A stretch of 63,809 nucleotides of DNA, filler included, from Microthyrium microscopicum (lineage: Eukaryota): the NCBI GenBank assembly GCA_010405405.1. It is 8 parts of 5 records of this genome, joined end to end, with 100 filler letters (N's around TTAATTAATTAA, not from the genome) between each part and the next. Parts side by side here need not be neighbours in the genome. Positions count along the whole stretch, not along the records: positions 22,377 to 44,829 come from MU004249.1; 7 more parts are not named here. The stretch is one strand, 5' to 3'. The notes beneath the pieces were generated by a model. The model was not told the origin of the DNA. It ran no database searches and saw only the letters and a program-made list of their open reading frames with translations. The stretch's first letter is position 1, and every line of letters starts with the position of its first letter. Below are positions 26,266 to 39,111 of the stretch, one piece after another. A program made the position numbers and the translations under genes.

Positions 26266-26697
26266 GTAACCCTACTACGTATAGGATTTAAACTTATAAC
26301 CTTAACTTTATATAATAGTAGAGTTACGTACTACTATTACGCTAGCGTAGTAAAATTTTAGACTAAATTATAGTACTAAAGTTAAGATAAATTTAGGATT
26401 AGGGTTTATAGTTTTTAAATATATACTACTATATACTACTATTACTAATATTTAGCTACTATCTACCTTAATTTTAGCTCTACCTAAACCCTCTTATCTA
26501 AAATTTATTTAGTAAAAATACGCTAGGGTTAAAATAAACCTAAGAAAATTTTCTAAAAAAATTCCTAGCTATCTACTTTAACTCCTAATACTAATATTTA
26601 GTATCTACTCTTAATACTAAAATCTAATATATACTCCTAGTACCTAGCTCTTATTAGCTTTAACTACTAGTATATATATTTAATATCTACTCCCTAA

Positions 26698-26850
26698 TCT
26701 AGCTCCTAGCTCTTAGCTCTTAGCTCCTAGCTCCTAGCTCCTAGTTCCTAGCTCCTAGCTCCTAGCTCCTAACTCCTAGCTCCTAGCTCCTAGCTTCTAG
26801 CTCCTAGCTCCTAGCTCCTAGCTTCTAGCTTTTAGCTCCTAGCTCTTAGT
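26698..26850. repeat. 7-bp microsatellite (CTAGCTC)n, ~21 copies
   Basis: Directly visible ..ctcctagctcctagctcctag.. Confidence 0.95.
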
Positions 26851-29800
26851 ACTTTAACTCTTATATACGTTAACTCTTATCTACTTTAACTCTTATTTAC
26901 CTTAACTCCTAATACTAATATATACTTAAGTACTTCTCCTTTTAGTATTATAGCTAGTTGCTAAATTAAATTTAGTAGCGCGTCTTAGTAATAAAGCTTA
27001 ATATTAGTTAAAGTATCTCGTTTTTAAAAGTATAAGAATTATACTCTATTCTAATATTATTCTTTATTATTTCTAGATTAATTAACCTTATTTAGAGACT
27101 ATCTTCTATATTTAGGAATAAATGAGAGATAATATATTTAGTAGATATTTCCTAATAATATATTAATCTTATTATAAGACTTAGATAGGGAGCTTAGAGG
27201 CGTATTTATAGATAGATTAGCTTAAGTAAATAATATTTCTAATATTAATTTCTATAAGGTTCTACTATTACCTTAGGTATAAAAATACCTCTTAGTATCT
27301 ACGTATTTATCTATATTTACTTTAACTCTTAATACTAATATTTAATATTTCTTTCTAGTTTCTAGCTTCTATACTTATATATAAAGTTAACTATTATTCT
27401 TAAAGTAGTACTAATTTACTATACTACCTATAAAGATAATTATAGTATTACTTACGCGCTAGCTAAGCCTAATATATATATTACCTATATTTATAGCTTC
27501 CTCCTTTGCTTTTTTTATTCTATACTTCTCTCTTTTTCTTTTACTCTATTACCTTTATCCTTTTTTCTTCTACTCTTTACTCTCTATAATAGTTTATATT
27601 ATAGTAATATATAAAATAAGTAAATAAGTAAGTTAATTTTATATAGAAAGTCCTATTATATATACTAACCTATAAACTTTATTTTAGCTATATTACTATA
27701 TTAAGTACTTAGTAAGACTTTATAGTTAAGGCTTTTAATATTATTAATTAGGAAGTAAGCGTACAAAGTACTATAGTATATATACTAATAGTAAGATTTA
27801 ATAATAGTATATTCTATTTATATCTAGCTATTAATACTTATAATATAGCTATCTAGTTACGCTTTTATAGTAAAACCTAATATAAACATAGCCTTATTTA
27901 GTTATAGTAGCTATATAATTAAAGTTATTATTAATATCCTTAATAATTAGCCTAATTTTACTATAGACTATAATAGTATTAATTATAAAGTTAGCTATAA
28001 TAGATACTATTTACGTAGTACTAGAAAATACTTTTATATTTATTTTTACGTAAGTAATTTATAGAAACTTAACGTTTAATGAGCTATTACTAAATATAAT
28101 ACGTAGACTATTAGCTAGAAATAGTTAAGTAGCTAGCTATAGTTTCTTATTTATATATAAGTCTAAACTAAAATTATATCTTAGTTAGTACTAATACTAT
28201 ACTAGTACTAAGGTTATCTAGTAAAAACATAATAACTCTATAGCCTCCTTTAGTAATAAAGCTAAGTATATACTAAACTCTAAGATTACCTTAAAACTAC
28301 TATAAATAATAAAAGTAGTTACTAAATAACTAGCTAGAAACATAATAGCATCTAACGCCTAGGGCCCTTAAAACTAAAAGTTTAAAGTACTTTATCCTAA
28401 TAGAAAAGTCTATTAAATAAATTCTTAAAATATTAGCTTTTAAGTCTTAATAATTAGTACTATTTATATAGATAGTATAAGCCTAATTATAGATAAAATA
28501 TATCTTAAAACCTAAATAATAATAATAACCTAGTACTAAAGTTATAATTTAGATTATAGTTTAGAACCTAAGTAATAAAAATTAACTACTTATTAACCTA
28601 TATAGATAATATAAAACTATAACTTAGTATAAAATATATATTAATCTTATACTATAATTCTATTATATCTTCTTAAGGTAATAATAAAAGAAGCATAAAA
28701 TATTATTATATTTATTTAAATTAAACCTTAAAGGTATATAAAACTTATAACCTAGTATAATATACTACTTTAGGATTATACTTTTTATATATTCCTTTAT
28801 AGTAATAGTAAAAGAAATATAGTATACTAATTTAGGGTTATAACTTTTATATACCTTTTTATAATAATAAGAAAGAATTATAGTATACTAGTCCTAAGCT
28901 ATAGTTTTTATTTACCTCTTAGGCTTTAGTAGTAAAGAAAGTATAATATAGTATTATACTTATAATAAAAAGAAACATTAAGGCATACGTTATATAAGTT
29001 ATTAATATAAATAAAATCTAAAAACTAGAAGTAGAATAACTATATATATTAGAATACCTAAGACTAAAGGAATCTAGCTTAGAGACACTAGAACTTCCTA
29101 AACTAGAATTTAGTATTTAATTTTTACGTAATAATAGTAGGTAAGAAAAGTTAAAGAACTAGGCTATTACTTACTTAAGATAGACTAGTTACTTAATAGT
29201 AGTCTTATAATAATACTAACGACCTTAAGAACTTACTATACGTTATAATTATAACCTTAATATTTTAATTACTATATATAACAATATAGTAATAGTAAGA
29301 AATACCTTAATACTAGTAAGTAATTTCTAGTCCCTAGGTTAGATATAGTAACTAACTAAGCGTTACTTTACTTTTACTTAATCCTATATAATAAATTAAA
29401 ATATAAATACCTTATATACTAAATCTCTATCTTCCTCTTTTTATATTTACTAATACTTAATCTATATTTATAATATTTATTATTATAAGCCTTGTAAGTC
29501 CTTTACGTAAAGCCTACTACCTATATAAAATAATAGAAGAGCAAATAGAAGAGTAAATAGAAAGGCTAATAAAAGAGTAAATATAGGCTAAACTAGATAT
29601 ACGCCTTAAAGAATTGCTTAGATTTTATAACCCCTTATAATTAATAATCTTACTAGAGCTAATACTAGCTAATATAATAGTATAGGACATTAAATTATAG
29701 AAAGATTTTAATTCTAATAATATAGACTAGCTATATAACTTTATCTAAACGTTTATAATTCTATATATATATAGTTAACCTCCTTAACGTTTTATAACTA

Positions 29801-30314
29801 ATAATAATAATAATAATAATAATAGTAATAATATTAATAGTAACGATAATAATAGTAATAAAGGTCTTAGGTACTTAAATACGTTAGATAAGGATAACTT
29901 AGACTTAGAGGATAATATAGACTTAAAAAGTTTAAGTTTTAATAAAGATTAGAGTTATAACTCTAACGACTAATAGTTATTATAATTTAAGTTAAATTAT
30001 AGGACGATATCTATACTTTAAATACTAAAGTAAATAGATGGATTTAAATTAAGATTAATAAATTTAATATTTAACTTCTTTATTATATTTACTACTAATA
30101 TAACTCTCTTTTGCTAATACTAACTTATAATAATAAGAATATAATAACTCGCTATAGTAATAATCATAATTAAGATATAAATAGATTAAGAATATATATA
30201 AAAATAATACTAGTATAAGTATAAATAATAATAACGTATATAATATTAATAGTTTTACTTAATAAACTATACTTAAAAAGTTAACTAGATTAAACTTCTA
30301 GTACTCTAAACCTC

Positions 30315-30582
30315 TAGCTAACCCTAGGCTAACCTTAGGCTAACCCTAGGCTAACTCTATATATAAGTAGGCTAATATTTAAACCTTAGGCTAGTATTTA
30401 AACCTAGGCTAACCCTAGGCTAACCCTAGGCTAACTCTAGGCTAACTCTAAGCTAATCCTAAGCTAACCCTATATATAGATAGGCTAATATTTAAACCTT
30501 AGGCTAATATTTAAACTCTAGGCTAGTATTTAAACTATATACTAACCTAGGCTAATTCTATATTAACCCTATACTAACCTAA
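30315..30582. repeat. 11-bp repeat (CTAACCCTAGG)n with telomere-like core
   Basis: aaccctaggct units interleaved with tatttaaaccttaggct. A related (TAACCCTATAC)n occurs at ~33735-33800. Confidence 0.85.
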
Positions 30583-31149
30583 TATTTAGTATTAAGAATA
30601 GAATAGGAGGCAATATATAAAAATAAGTTAAATTTCTTAAAAATATATATACTACTTTAGTAGTTCGTATAAATTATAAAATATCCTAGATAAAGCTTAA
30701 GATATATATCTTTAACTTTGCGTAAGAAAGTTTTAATAAAGGTATAATCCTTTATATAATTACTAACCTCTTTCGTAGGCTTAGTTATATATAGTAATCT
30801 AGTTTAATACTATTTTAAGATATTAAACAACTAGTCTAATGTTTACTAGATAGAGCTTACTAGATTAATATTATTATATTAGGTAAATTACTAGTTTAAA
30901 CTATTATTTAATAATTTTTAAACTTATAGAACTTAGTAAACTCTATAGTTTAATCTTAGCACTTAGTAGTAAAAGCACTTTAAGAAGTAGTTTACTTTTA
31001 ATAGTTAATAAGTATAACTAGTTAACGTAAATACTTTATTTACTTAATCTTATTATAAATTTAAGTATAAACTAACTACTAATTTTATAGTTATTAGTAG
31101 AAGTAGCGCGCTTAAGAGTAGCTTTAGTACTACCTACTTTATAAAAAGT

Positions 31150-31740
31150 AGTTCTAATAGTAGATACTATAGTTAAACATTAGTAGAACTCTAATTACTA
31201 TTAAAGACCTTTAAACTCTTAAACTACTTAATTAGCTTAATAATAAAATTATTAATAGCTTTCTTACTAAGCTTTACGAAAAAGCTAAGTTTAAACTTAC
31301 TAAATAGATAAAAATAATAGAAACTCTAATTAAAGATAATATCCCGTAATATTATATACTTAATACCTATTAGTTCCTTAAGATATAACAATAAGATAAT
31401 ATTAAAAAAATTACTTACTAAATAAAGCGCTAAAAAATTAGTAGAAAGAATCTTCTTAGCATTTACAAACTCTTTATTTTAATTTATTAAAGTAGTTACT
31501 AGACCTTACTAACTATTCTTCCTTAATAATATTAAGTACGTTAGTACAACTCTTTATTTACTAGTAAAGAACCTATTCTTACTTTAGCTAAAGAAATGCT
31601 TTAATATAAGTTAGGTAACGCTTAGGATAAGAGTAAATAAATATTTAAGAGAGTAGAGAGTAGTTATTAACAAAACTCTTTAGATTATAGCGCCTTTACC
31701 CTTATAAATACTTAGGCTACCTTCTACCCTAATAACTTAC
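31150..31740 (+). pseudogene. Ulp1/SENP SUMO protease (peptidase C48) catalytic domain relic
   Basis: One frame, de-RIPed: ITVKDLRTL...WLNDEIINSFL (W at 31233); LNTHWF; RW.KR.KI.GKNLL..KLFIPIH.SSHWTL (His codon 31497); YDSL (Asp 31548); QQNSLDCGAF (Cys 31686). Confidence 0.85.
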
Positions 31741-34299
31741 CTAATATTCTTCCTAACTAATATAGTAAAGCAATACAATAACTAACTAGTTCAATTATCC
31801 TTTATAGTAGCTTTAAAGACAACTTTAACTTAGAAGCTTAGCATAATAGCTTTTATTTAGAAACTCTATAAAATATTTCTAACTATCCTTCTTATAAAGT
31901 ATAATATTAGTAGAGAGCTTATCTACTATAAAGGATAGCCTATTCTCTTCTTAACTTAATATACTCTTCTTATTAATATATATATATTCCTAACTAAAGA
32001 TTATCCTTTTATTAATAATATAATCTCTTACTATTACTAGTTCCTATCGTTAGTAATATATCTTATTGTTATAGATATATTCTATTATTATAGATATAGC
32101 CTTTTATTAGAGATATATTAAAAAGACTAATAGCTATAGCTTAATCTACTTTAGTAGTAATTACTATATATAAGTTAGTATAGGATAAGAAAGTTACTAT
32201 TAACCCTAGTCTCTTAGTATAGATTAAGAAGGACTAGCTAGTAGTATAAAAGGAGGTAGATAGTAGTTTCCTAACTTTTAGTCATTTTAATTACCTCTTA
32301 TTAACTATAGTACTTACCTATAAGCTATTCCTTTAAGTATTTATAGTATATCTAACAACTTAGACTTTTTATAAGGAGTAATAAGTATACTTAATATTAT
32401 ACAATTAGACTAGAATAAGCTAAGTATTAGAATAATAGTAGCATTTTAAGAGAGATAGTTACCTAGAGTTATATAAGTATAATATTAATAAAGTTATCCT
32501 AAAAAGTACGTATAATATTAATAAAGTTATTCTAGAAGGCATAATAGCTATAGTATTAACTCTACTATTACTAAGGAAAGAGCTATCCTTTAATACTCTA
32601 CTTTTAGAAGTTTTACTAAGACTAATTTATTATTACTAATATAGCCTACTTATTTACTTAAATAAAGATACTCCTAATACCCTATTCTAGCATTATAAAG
32701 TATAAAGTACATTTTGACTATAGGCTCCTTATAGGTAACTATAATTTAGAGATAAAGTAGGTTTTTTATAGAACTTAATCTTAGCCTAGTTTAGTAATAA
32801 TTGCTATATATAAGCTAGTATAGGATAAGGAAGTAGCTATTAACCCTAGTTACTTAGTATAAGTTAGGAAGAACTAGCTAGTAATAGAGAAGGCTACTTA
32901 TTCGCTCTTAATACCCTATTCTAGTATTATAAAATATAAAGTACAATTTAACTATAGGCTTCTATAGGTAACTATAATTTAGAGATAAAGAGGTTTTCTA
33001 TAGAACTTAATCTTAGCCTAGTATTACTATAGCTACTACGTCCTTCTTCTTTATAGCTACTACGTCCTCTACTACTATATTTACTTTCTTTATCTTAGGT
33101 ATAGTTATAAGTAATATAATCTAGCTTACTATCTATAAGAATAGTTAGTATATTTTGCTTAGTAATAATTACTATATATAAGCTAGTATAGGATAAGGAA
33201 GTTACTATTAACCCTAATATAAGTAGTAAGATAGAATAAGTAATAAGATAGAATACAAAATTAAGGTAAATAAAGCTATTTAAAATAATAAAGAACTTAT
33301 CTATATCTTATAAGTCTCTCCTAATATCTTAACTAATATACTTACTTTCCTATTAGGGTTATTATTCTACTATATACTACTAGTAAAAAACTTATTCTTA
33401 CTTTATTATACCTAGCATTATTAGTAAGATGTATACTAGGTATTAGTAAAGTTAACTATATAACTACTATATAGTAATAAATTCCTAGGCTATAGTTTTT
33501 AGGTATTTCTTAAACTATAGAGTATATATATATTTTAAGTACTATAAAATATAAAGTTAACTATATAACTACTATAATAGTAATAAATTCCTAGGCTATA
33601 GTTTTTAAGTTCCTCTTTAACTAATATAATTAAACCCTTTTAATAATAGTAAAGGTTTAGTAAAGTTAACTCTAGAGCTACTATATAGTATAGAATTTTA
33701 GGGCTATACTTTATAGAGACCTCTTTATATTACTCTATACTAACCCTATACTAACCCTATACTAACCTTATACTAACTTTATACTAATACTACTTAAACC
33801 CTAAACTACTTATACTTATTTTATAGTTAATACTTATTATATAAACTAATATTCCTTAAAATATTAATTTTATATACTATTCTAACCTTACTTATACTAT
33901 TATATATATACTAAATATCTTTACCTAAATATAATACTAAATAGTACTAAGGCTTATCTAAATTCTATTACGTTTAATAGAATAAAACGTTATAATTATA
34001 GTAGACCCTCTTTATAAATTATTAAGAAATTAGTAATCTTATTAAAGAGTAGTAGCTACCACTATATAAGCTTAAAACCTAGATATTATTATCTTAAGCC
34101 CTAAGGGTAGGCAACAATATAGAATATAATTAAGGCTATTTAGGTATAATTAAAGTATACCTCTAGTAGTTATATTATAACTAACTCTAACTAAATTATA
34201 AAAGGTTACATTTAATTTCCTAACTCCTTTACCTATCCTACTACCTTAAGTCTAGATAGTATTAAGTAACTTCCTAAATATAGTTTAAAACTAATAGAG

Positions 34300-37200
34300 T
34301 TATACTATAGTAACTAACTCTATACTTAAGCTAAATAACTTCCCTTTTATTACTATTGCTATTTATTCTTTACTTACTTATAATATAAGATACAAACATA
34401 ATAATAATAATTACTATAAAGAAGGAAATATAGATAATATATAATTTAAGGATAATATACTATATAATAACGTAGTAAATTACGTTAAAAATATAAATAG
34501 ATTATACTTAAGTAGTAGTAATAATAAATTCTTATACTCTACTAAATATATAGACAGCCTAGATATCTCCTTATTCTAATATAGTAACGATAAAGAATCT
34601 TATAGTAATAAGTTGTAGTCTATACTACTAATAGAAATAACTTATATTAATAATATTATAGTAGATGCTCTTAATCCTAACGTTTATATAGCTACTTAAG
34701 ATAATACTTAGTAGAGAGGCATCCTACATTATTAAATAATACTTCATCCTTTACTTAAAGATTATTAGTTTATATTATAAGAAATAGACGACTTTTTATT
34801 CTAATATTATAATTATTTATCTAACTATCCTAATACTAGCTATTTATTAGTTAGTAGTTATTTATTATCTTTATCTACCCTACTAGATTTACTTTCTCTA
34901 GTAGTAGACGTAATTAAGCTAAACTATACTTATTCTTTAAGGTTAATATTTAAAGAGTAGAATAGCTTTATATCCTTATAATTCCTAAATAGTATAATAG
35001 TAAAAAAGAATATAATATAAGCTATTTAAGTACATAAGTCCTATATACTATTAACTAAGAACTAACACAAACTATAATATTTAATATTTTATAATAAGGA
35101 ATAGATACTACGCCTTAGTCTTAAATAATTATAGGTTCTAAACCTAAATAAGATTTATATATATAGAGTCTACGATTAAGATAGTACTATACTTTATCTA
35201 TCTTTACTAGCTATATATAAAGATAGAATTAATATCTTAATGTTTCTTAGGTACTTTAAAACTAATTATATTAAATATAGATATTCTATTTATATTTTTA
35301 ATTAAGAATATAATATTATCTAGCCTATTCTAAACCTATATAAGTATAAGAATATTTATCTTAGAGTTCTTATTTAGGAAGGTAGGTTATTATTAGAATT
35401 TAGTATCTATATTTATTTTCTTAATTTAATATCCTATAGTAGAGAGTAGTATCTTTATATAAAATAACTTAAATAGTAGTACTAATATATCCTATTTCTA
35501 GCTATTAGGGATGTTTGTCTAATTAACGTTCTATAGCATATACTCTTTAATAAATATTATGTATATATAATAGCTATAGTATAATAGGAAACAAGAAACT
35601 AAGATAACCTAAAGCTAGGCCTAGCTAATATATTCTTTATAATTTAAGGTAAATACTTTAAATCTCTATAGGATTATATACTAGACTATAGTAAAAGGTT
35701 CTAAGGCGTAAACTTAAGCTAAAAGGATGCTACTATTAAAAATTCTAAAGATAAATAAGCTAATATTATAACCTATCTATTAGATTAGATAATAAGTTTA
35801 AATATATTTAAGAATTCTATTCTTATACTTATATTACATAATAGCAAACTATTATAGAAAGCTAATAACCTTATCTAAGGATTTAGTAACTACTAAGAGT
35901 ATATAAATTACTATTTTAACTTTTTGTTTATTAGACTATACTATTTATATATTAATCTTATATATAAGGATATATTATTTCGTTAAGATACTTATAGTAA
36001 TAAACTTCCTACTAAGGATATTACACTAGTATTAAAATAAGAATATAGTAAAAATTAGATTTAGTATTATAATAATCTTAATACTAGTAATAAGATTTAA
36101 CCTAAATAGTTTTTATAGTTTCTTACTAATAAGGCAAGTAGTTATAAGTTTTACTATAAGCCTAATAGTCTAATATATAAGGCTAGCCTAGTAAATAGAA
36201 AAGTATATATAATTTATAAAGAAATCTTTAGTACTATTTATAAGAGTCTTATACTATTCTAATATAATTATCTAGAGCAACTTAGTTCGTACTATATAGA
36301 TAATTTTAGACCTACTAGATAATAATATAACTAGATTAAAAAATACTATATATCTAAGTAACCTATATAAATAACTATCTATTAGTTATAGAGGGCTACT
36401 ACTTAAGTATATACTAGCTATTAAGCTAGTAAGAGTAGTACGTTTAGAGTTTATATTAAGCGCTAATTTTAAGTTAATATCCTTTATAATTAGTATAAGT
36501 AATCTATACAAAATAGGAACCTTTAAGAAAATAATAAGAATGCTACATTATATTTTAAGGTAATCTATAGTAATTAAATTTATAATATATATACTTATAT
36601 CTATACTAAATATAGCTTACTAATACTAATCCTAACGTCTTAGAATATTCTCTATATTAGATACTTTTTACGTCTAAAGTTAACTACTTTATTTAGAAAT
36701 CTATAGAAAGATAGCTATAGCTAATTCTTTTTACTACCTAATATTTACTACTACTAATAATTAACTTGTATTATAAATAAGCTACTAATATAGCATAATA
36801 GTAATACTTAGCTACTATAGTTATTTATATTTAAATACTTAAGTTAATTTTTAGTAGTCTAGTTATAAGAGATAGTAGTATATAGCGTAAATATATTACT
36901 ATAGCTTAACTTAATCTTAAAAAATCTAAGATATATTTTTAACTAGGACTTAATAGATATACTATTATAAAACAATATAGAACGATTTAGCTAAAATAAT
37001 TATATTTTATCTAAAGTAATATAATTCTAGTACTATAACCTAAAATTACTTAAGTACTTATAGTCCTTAACTTATTATATCTAGCCTTAACCTTTTAATA
37101 ATTAGTCATTTAGTCCTAGGCTCTTTATTTATTACATACTACTTATTAGTATAAAAAAGAAACTAAGATTAAGATTACTCTTATCTAAGCTACTTTTCTA

Positions 37201-38397
37201 TATAACTCTTTTAAGTATACTTAGACTGCCTAGTTTATTAGAGAACTTTATTATTAAGTATATACGTACTAAGTATTTTATAAGTACTATATATTATATT
37301 AAAATAAGATAAAATTACTAAAACAACCTAAAGTAGAAGCTATTAACCCTTAGAGAAACTACTCTTTAGATTTCTTTTTATAAAAGATTAGACGTCTAAT
37401 AGATAAAGAAGCTATAGGACTAAGAGGACTTAATATTTCTATTATTTCTTAACTAATTTAGTATAGACTTATAGTTATAGNNNNNNNNNNNTAAATTTAT
37501 AATATATATACTTATATCTATACTAAATATAGCTTACTAATACTAATCCTAACGTTTTAAGATATTCTTTATATTAGATACTTTTTATATCTAAAGTTAA
37601 CTACTTTATTTAAAAATCTATAAAAAGATAGCTATAGCTAATTCTCTTTACTACCTAATATTTACTACTACTAATAATTAACTTATATTATAAATAAGCT
37701 ACTAATATAGTATAATAGTAATACTTAGCTACTATAGTTATTTATATTTAAATACTTAAGTCTATTTTTAGTAGTCTAGTTATAAGAAATAGTAGTATAT
37801 AGCATAAATATATTACTATAGCTTAACTTAACCTTAAAAAATCTAAGATATATTTCTAACTAAGACTTAATAAATATACTATTATAAAATAATATAAAAT
37901 AATTTAGCTAAAATAATTATATTTTATCTAGAGTAATATAATTCTAGTACTATAACCTAAAATTACTTAAGTACTTATAGTCCTTAACTTATTATACCTA
38001 GCCTTAACTTTTTAATAACTAGTTATTTAGTCTTAAGCTCTTTATTTATTATATACTACTTATTAGTATAAGAAAGAAACTAAGATTAAAATTACTCTTA
38101 TTTAAGCTACTTTTCTATATAACTCTTTTAAATATACTTAGACTACTTAGTTTATTAAAGAACTTTATTATTAAGTATATACGTACTAAGTATTTTATAA
38201 GTACTATATATTATATTAAAATAAGATAAAATTACTAAAATAATTTAAAGCAAAAGCTATTAATCCTTAGAGAAACTACTCTCTAGATTTCTTCTTATAA
38301 AAGATTAGATATCTAATAGATAAAGAGGCTATAAGACTAAGAAGACTTAATATTTCTATTATTTCTTAACTAATTTAGTATAGACTTATAGTTATAG
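34300..38397 (+). pseudogene. Large RIPed ORF of unknown function (3' part duplicated across gap)
   Basis: Protein-like de-RIPed text: RVYD.DS; HLG; IHFP; W...ILFPAI; QH.P; HDGK; FLTDEASG; AGLVNGKAY..HKEIF; PF....LEQL; TFGVRIERRF. Frame continuity over the whole span was not verified. Confidence 0.5.
36575..38397 (+). repeat. 906-bp direct duplication across an 11-N gap
   Basis: 36575-37480 matches 37492-38397, differing by scattered transitions. Confidence 0.9.
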
Positions 38398-39111
38398 TAA
38401 CTAAAGAGTCTAATAAGTCTATAGTATTAATATTAGCTATTAAAATATAATCTAATAAGTAATTTACTCTATTTTTAATAAACCTTTTAGATTCTACTAT
38501 ATAGCTATCTAATATAAAACTAGTATAGTATAAGCTACCTTATTAATAATTTATTACTTAAGCTATTAATATATATAAAGAAATCTAGACTATTATTAGT
38601 CTAAATAAGGTATTAACTATAAAGAAAAGGTAATAATTCTTTTTAGCTATTATATATATTATTAAGTCTTATATTTAGATATTTTTAAAGACTAAAAATA
38701 CTAAGTTTATTCTAAAAGTAAATATNNNNNNNNNNNNNNNNNNNNNNNNNNNNNNNNNNNNNNNNNNNNNNNNNNNNNNNNNNNNNNNNNNNNNNNNNNN
38801 NNNNNNNNNNNNNNNNNNNNNNNNNNNNNNNNNNNNNNNNNNNNNNNNNNNNNNNNNNNNNNNNNNNNNNNNNNNNNNNNNNNNNNNNNNNNNNNNNNNN
38901 NNNNNNNNNNNNNNNNNNNNNNNNNNNNNNNNNNNNNNNNNNNNNNNNNNNNNNNNNNNNNNNNNNNNNNNNNNNNNNNNNNNNNNNNNNNNNNNNNNNN
39001 NNNNNNNNNNNNNNNNNNNNNNNNNNNNNNNNNNNNNNNNNNNNNNNNNNNNNNNNNNNNNNNNNNNNNNNNNNNNNNNNNNNNNNNNNNNNNNNNNNNN
39101 NNNNNNNNNNN

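Noticed and set aside
29797..29860. (AAT)n microsatellite
   Set aside because: Probably a RIPed poly-Asp (GAT/GAC) tract in a degenerate ORF; uninformative.
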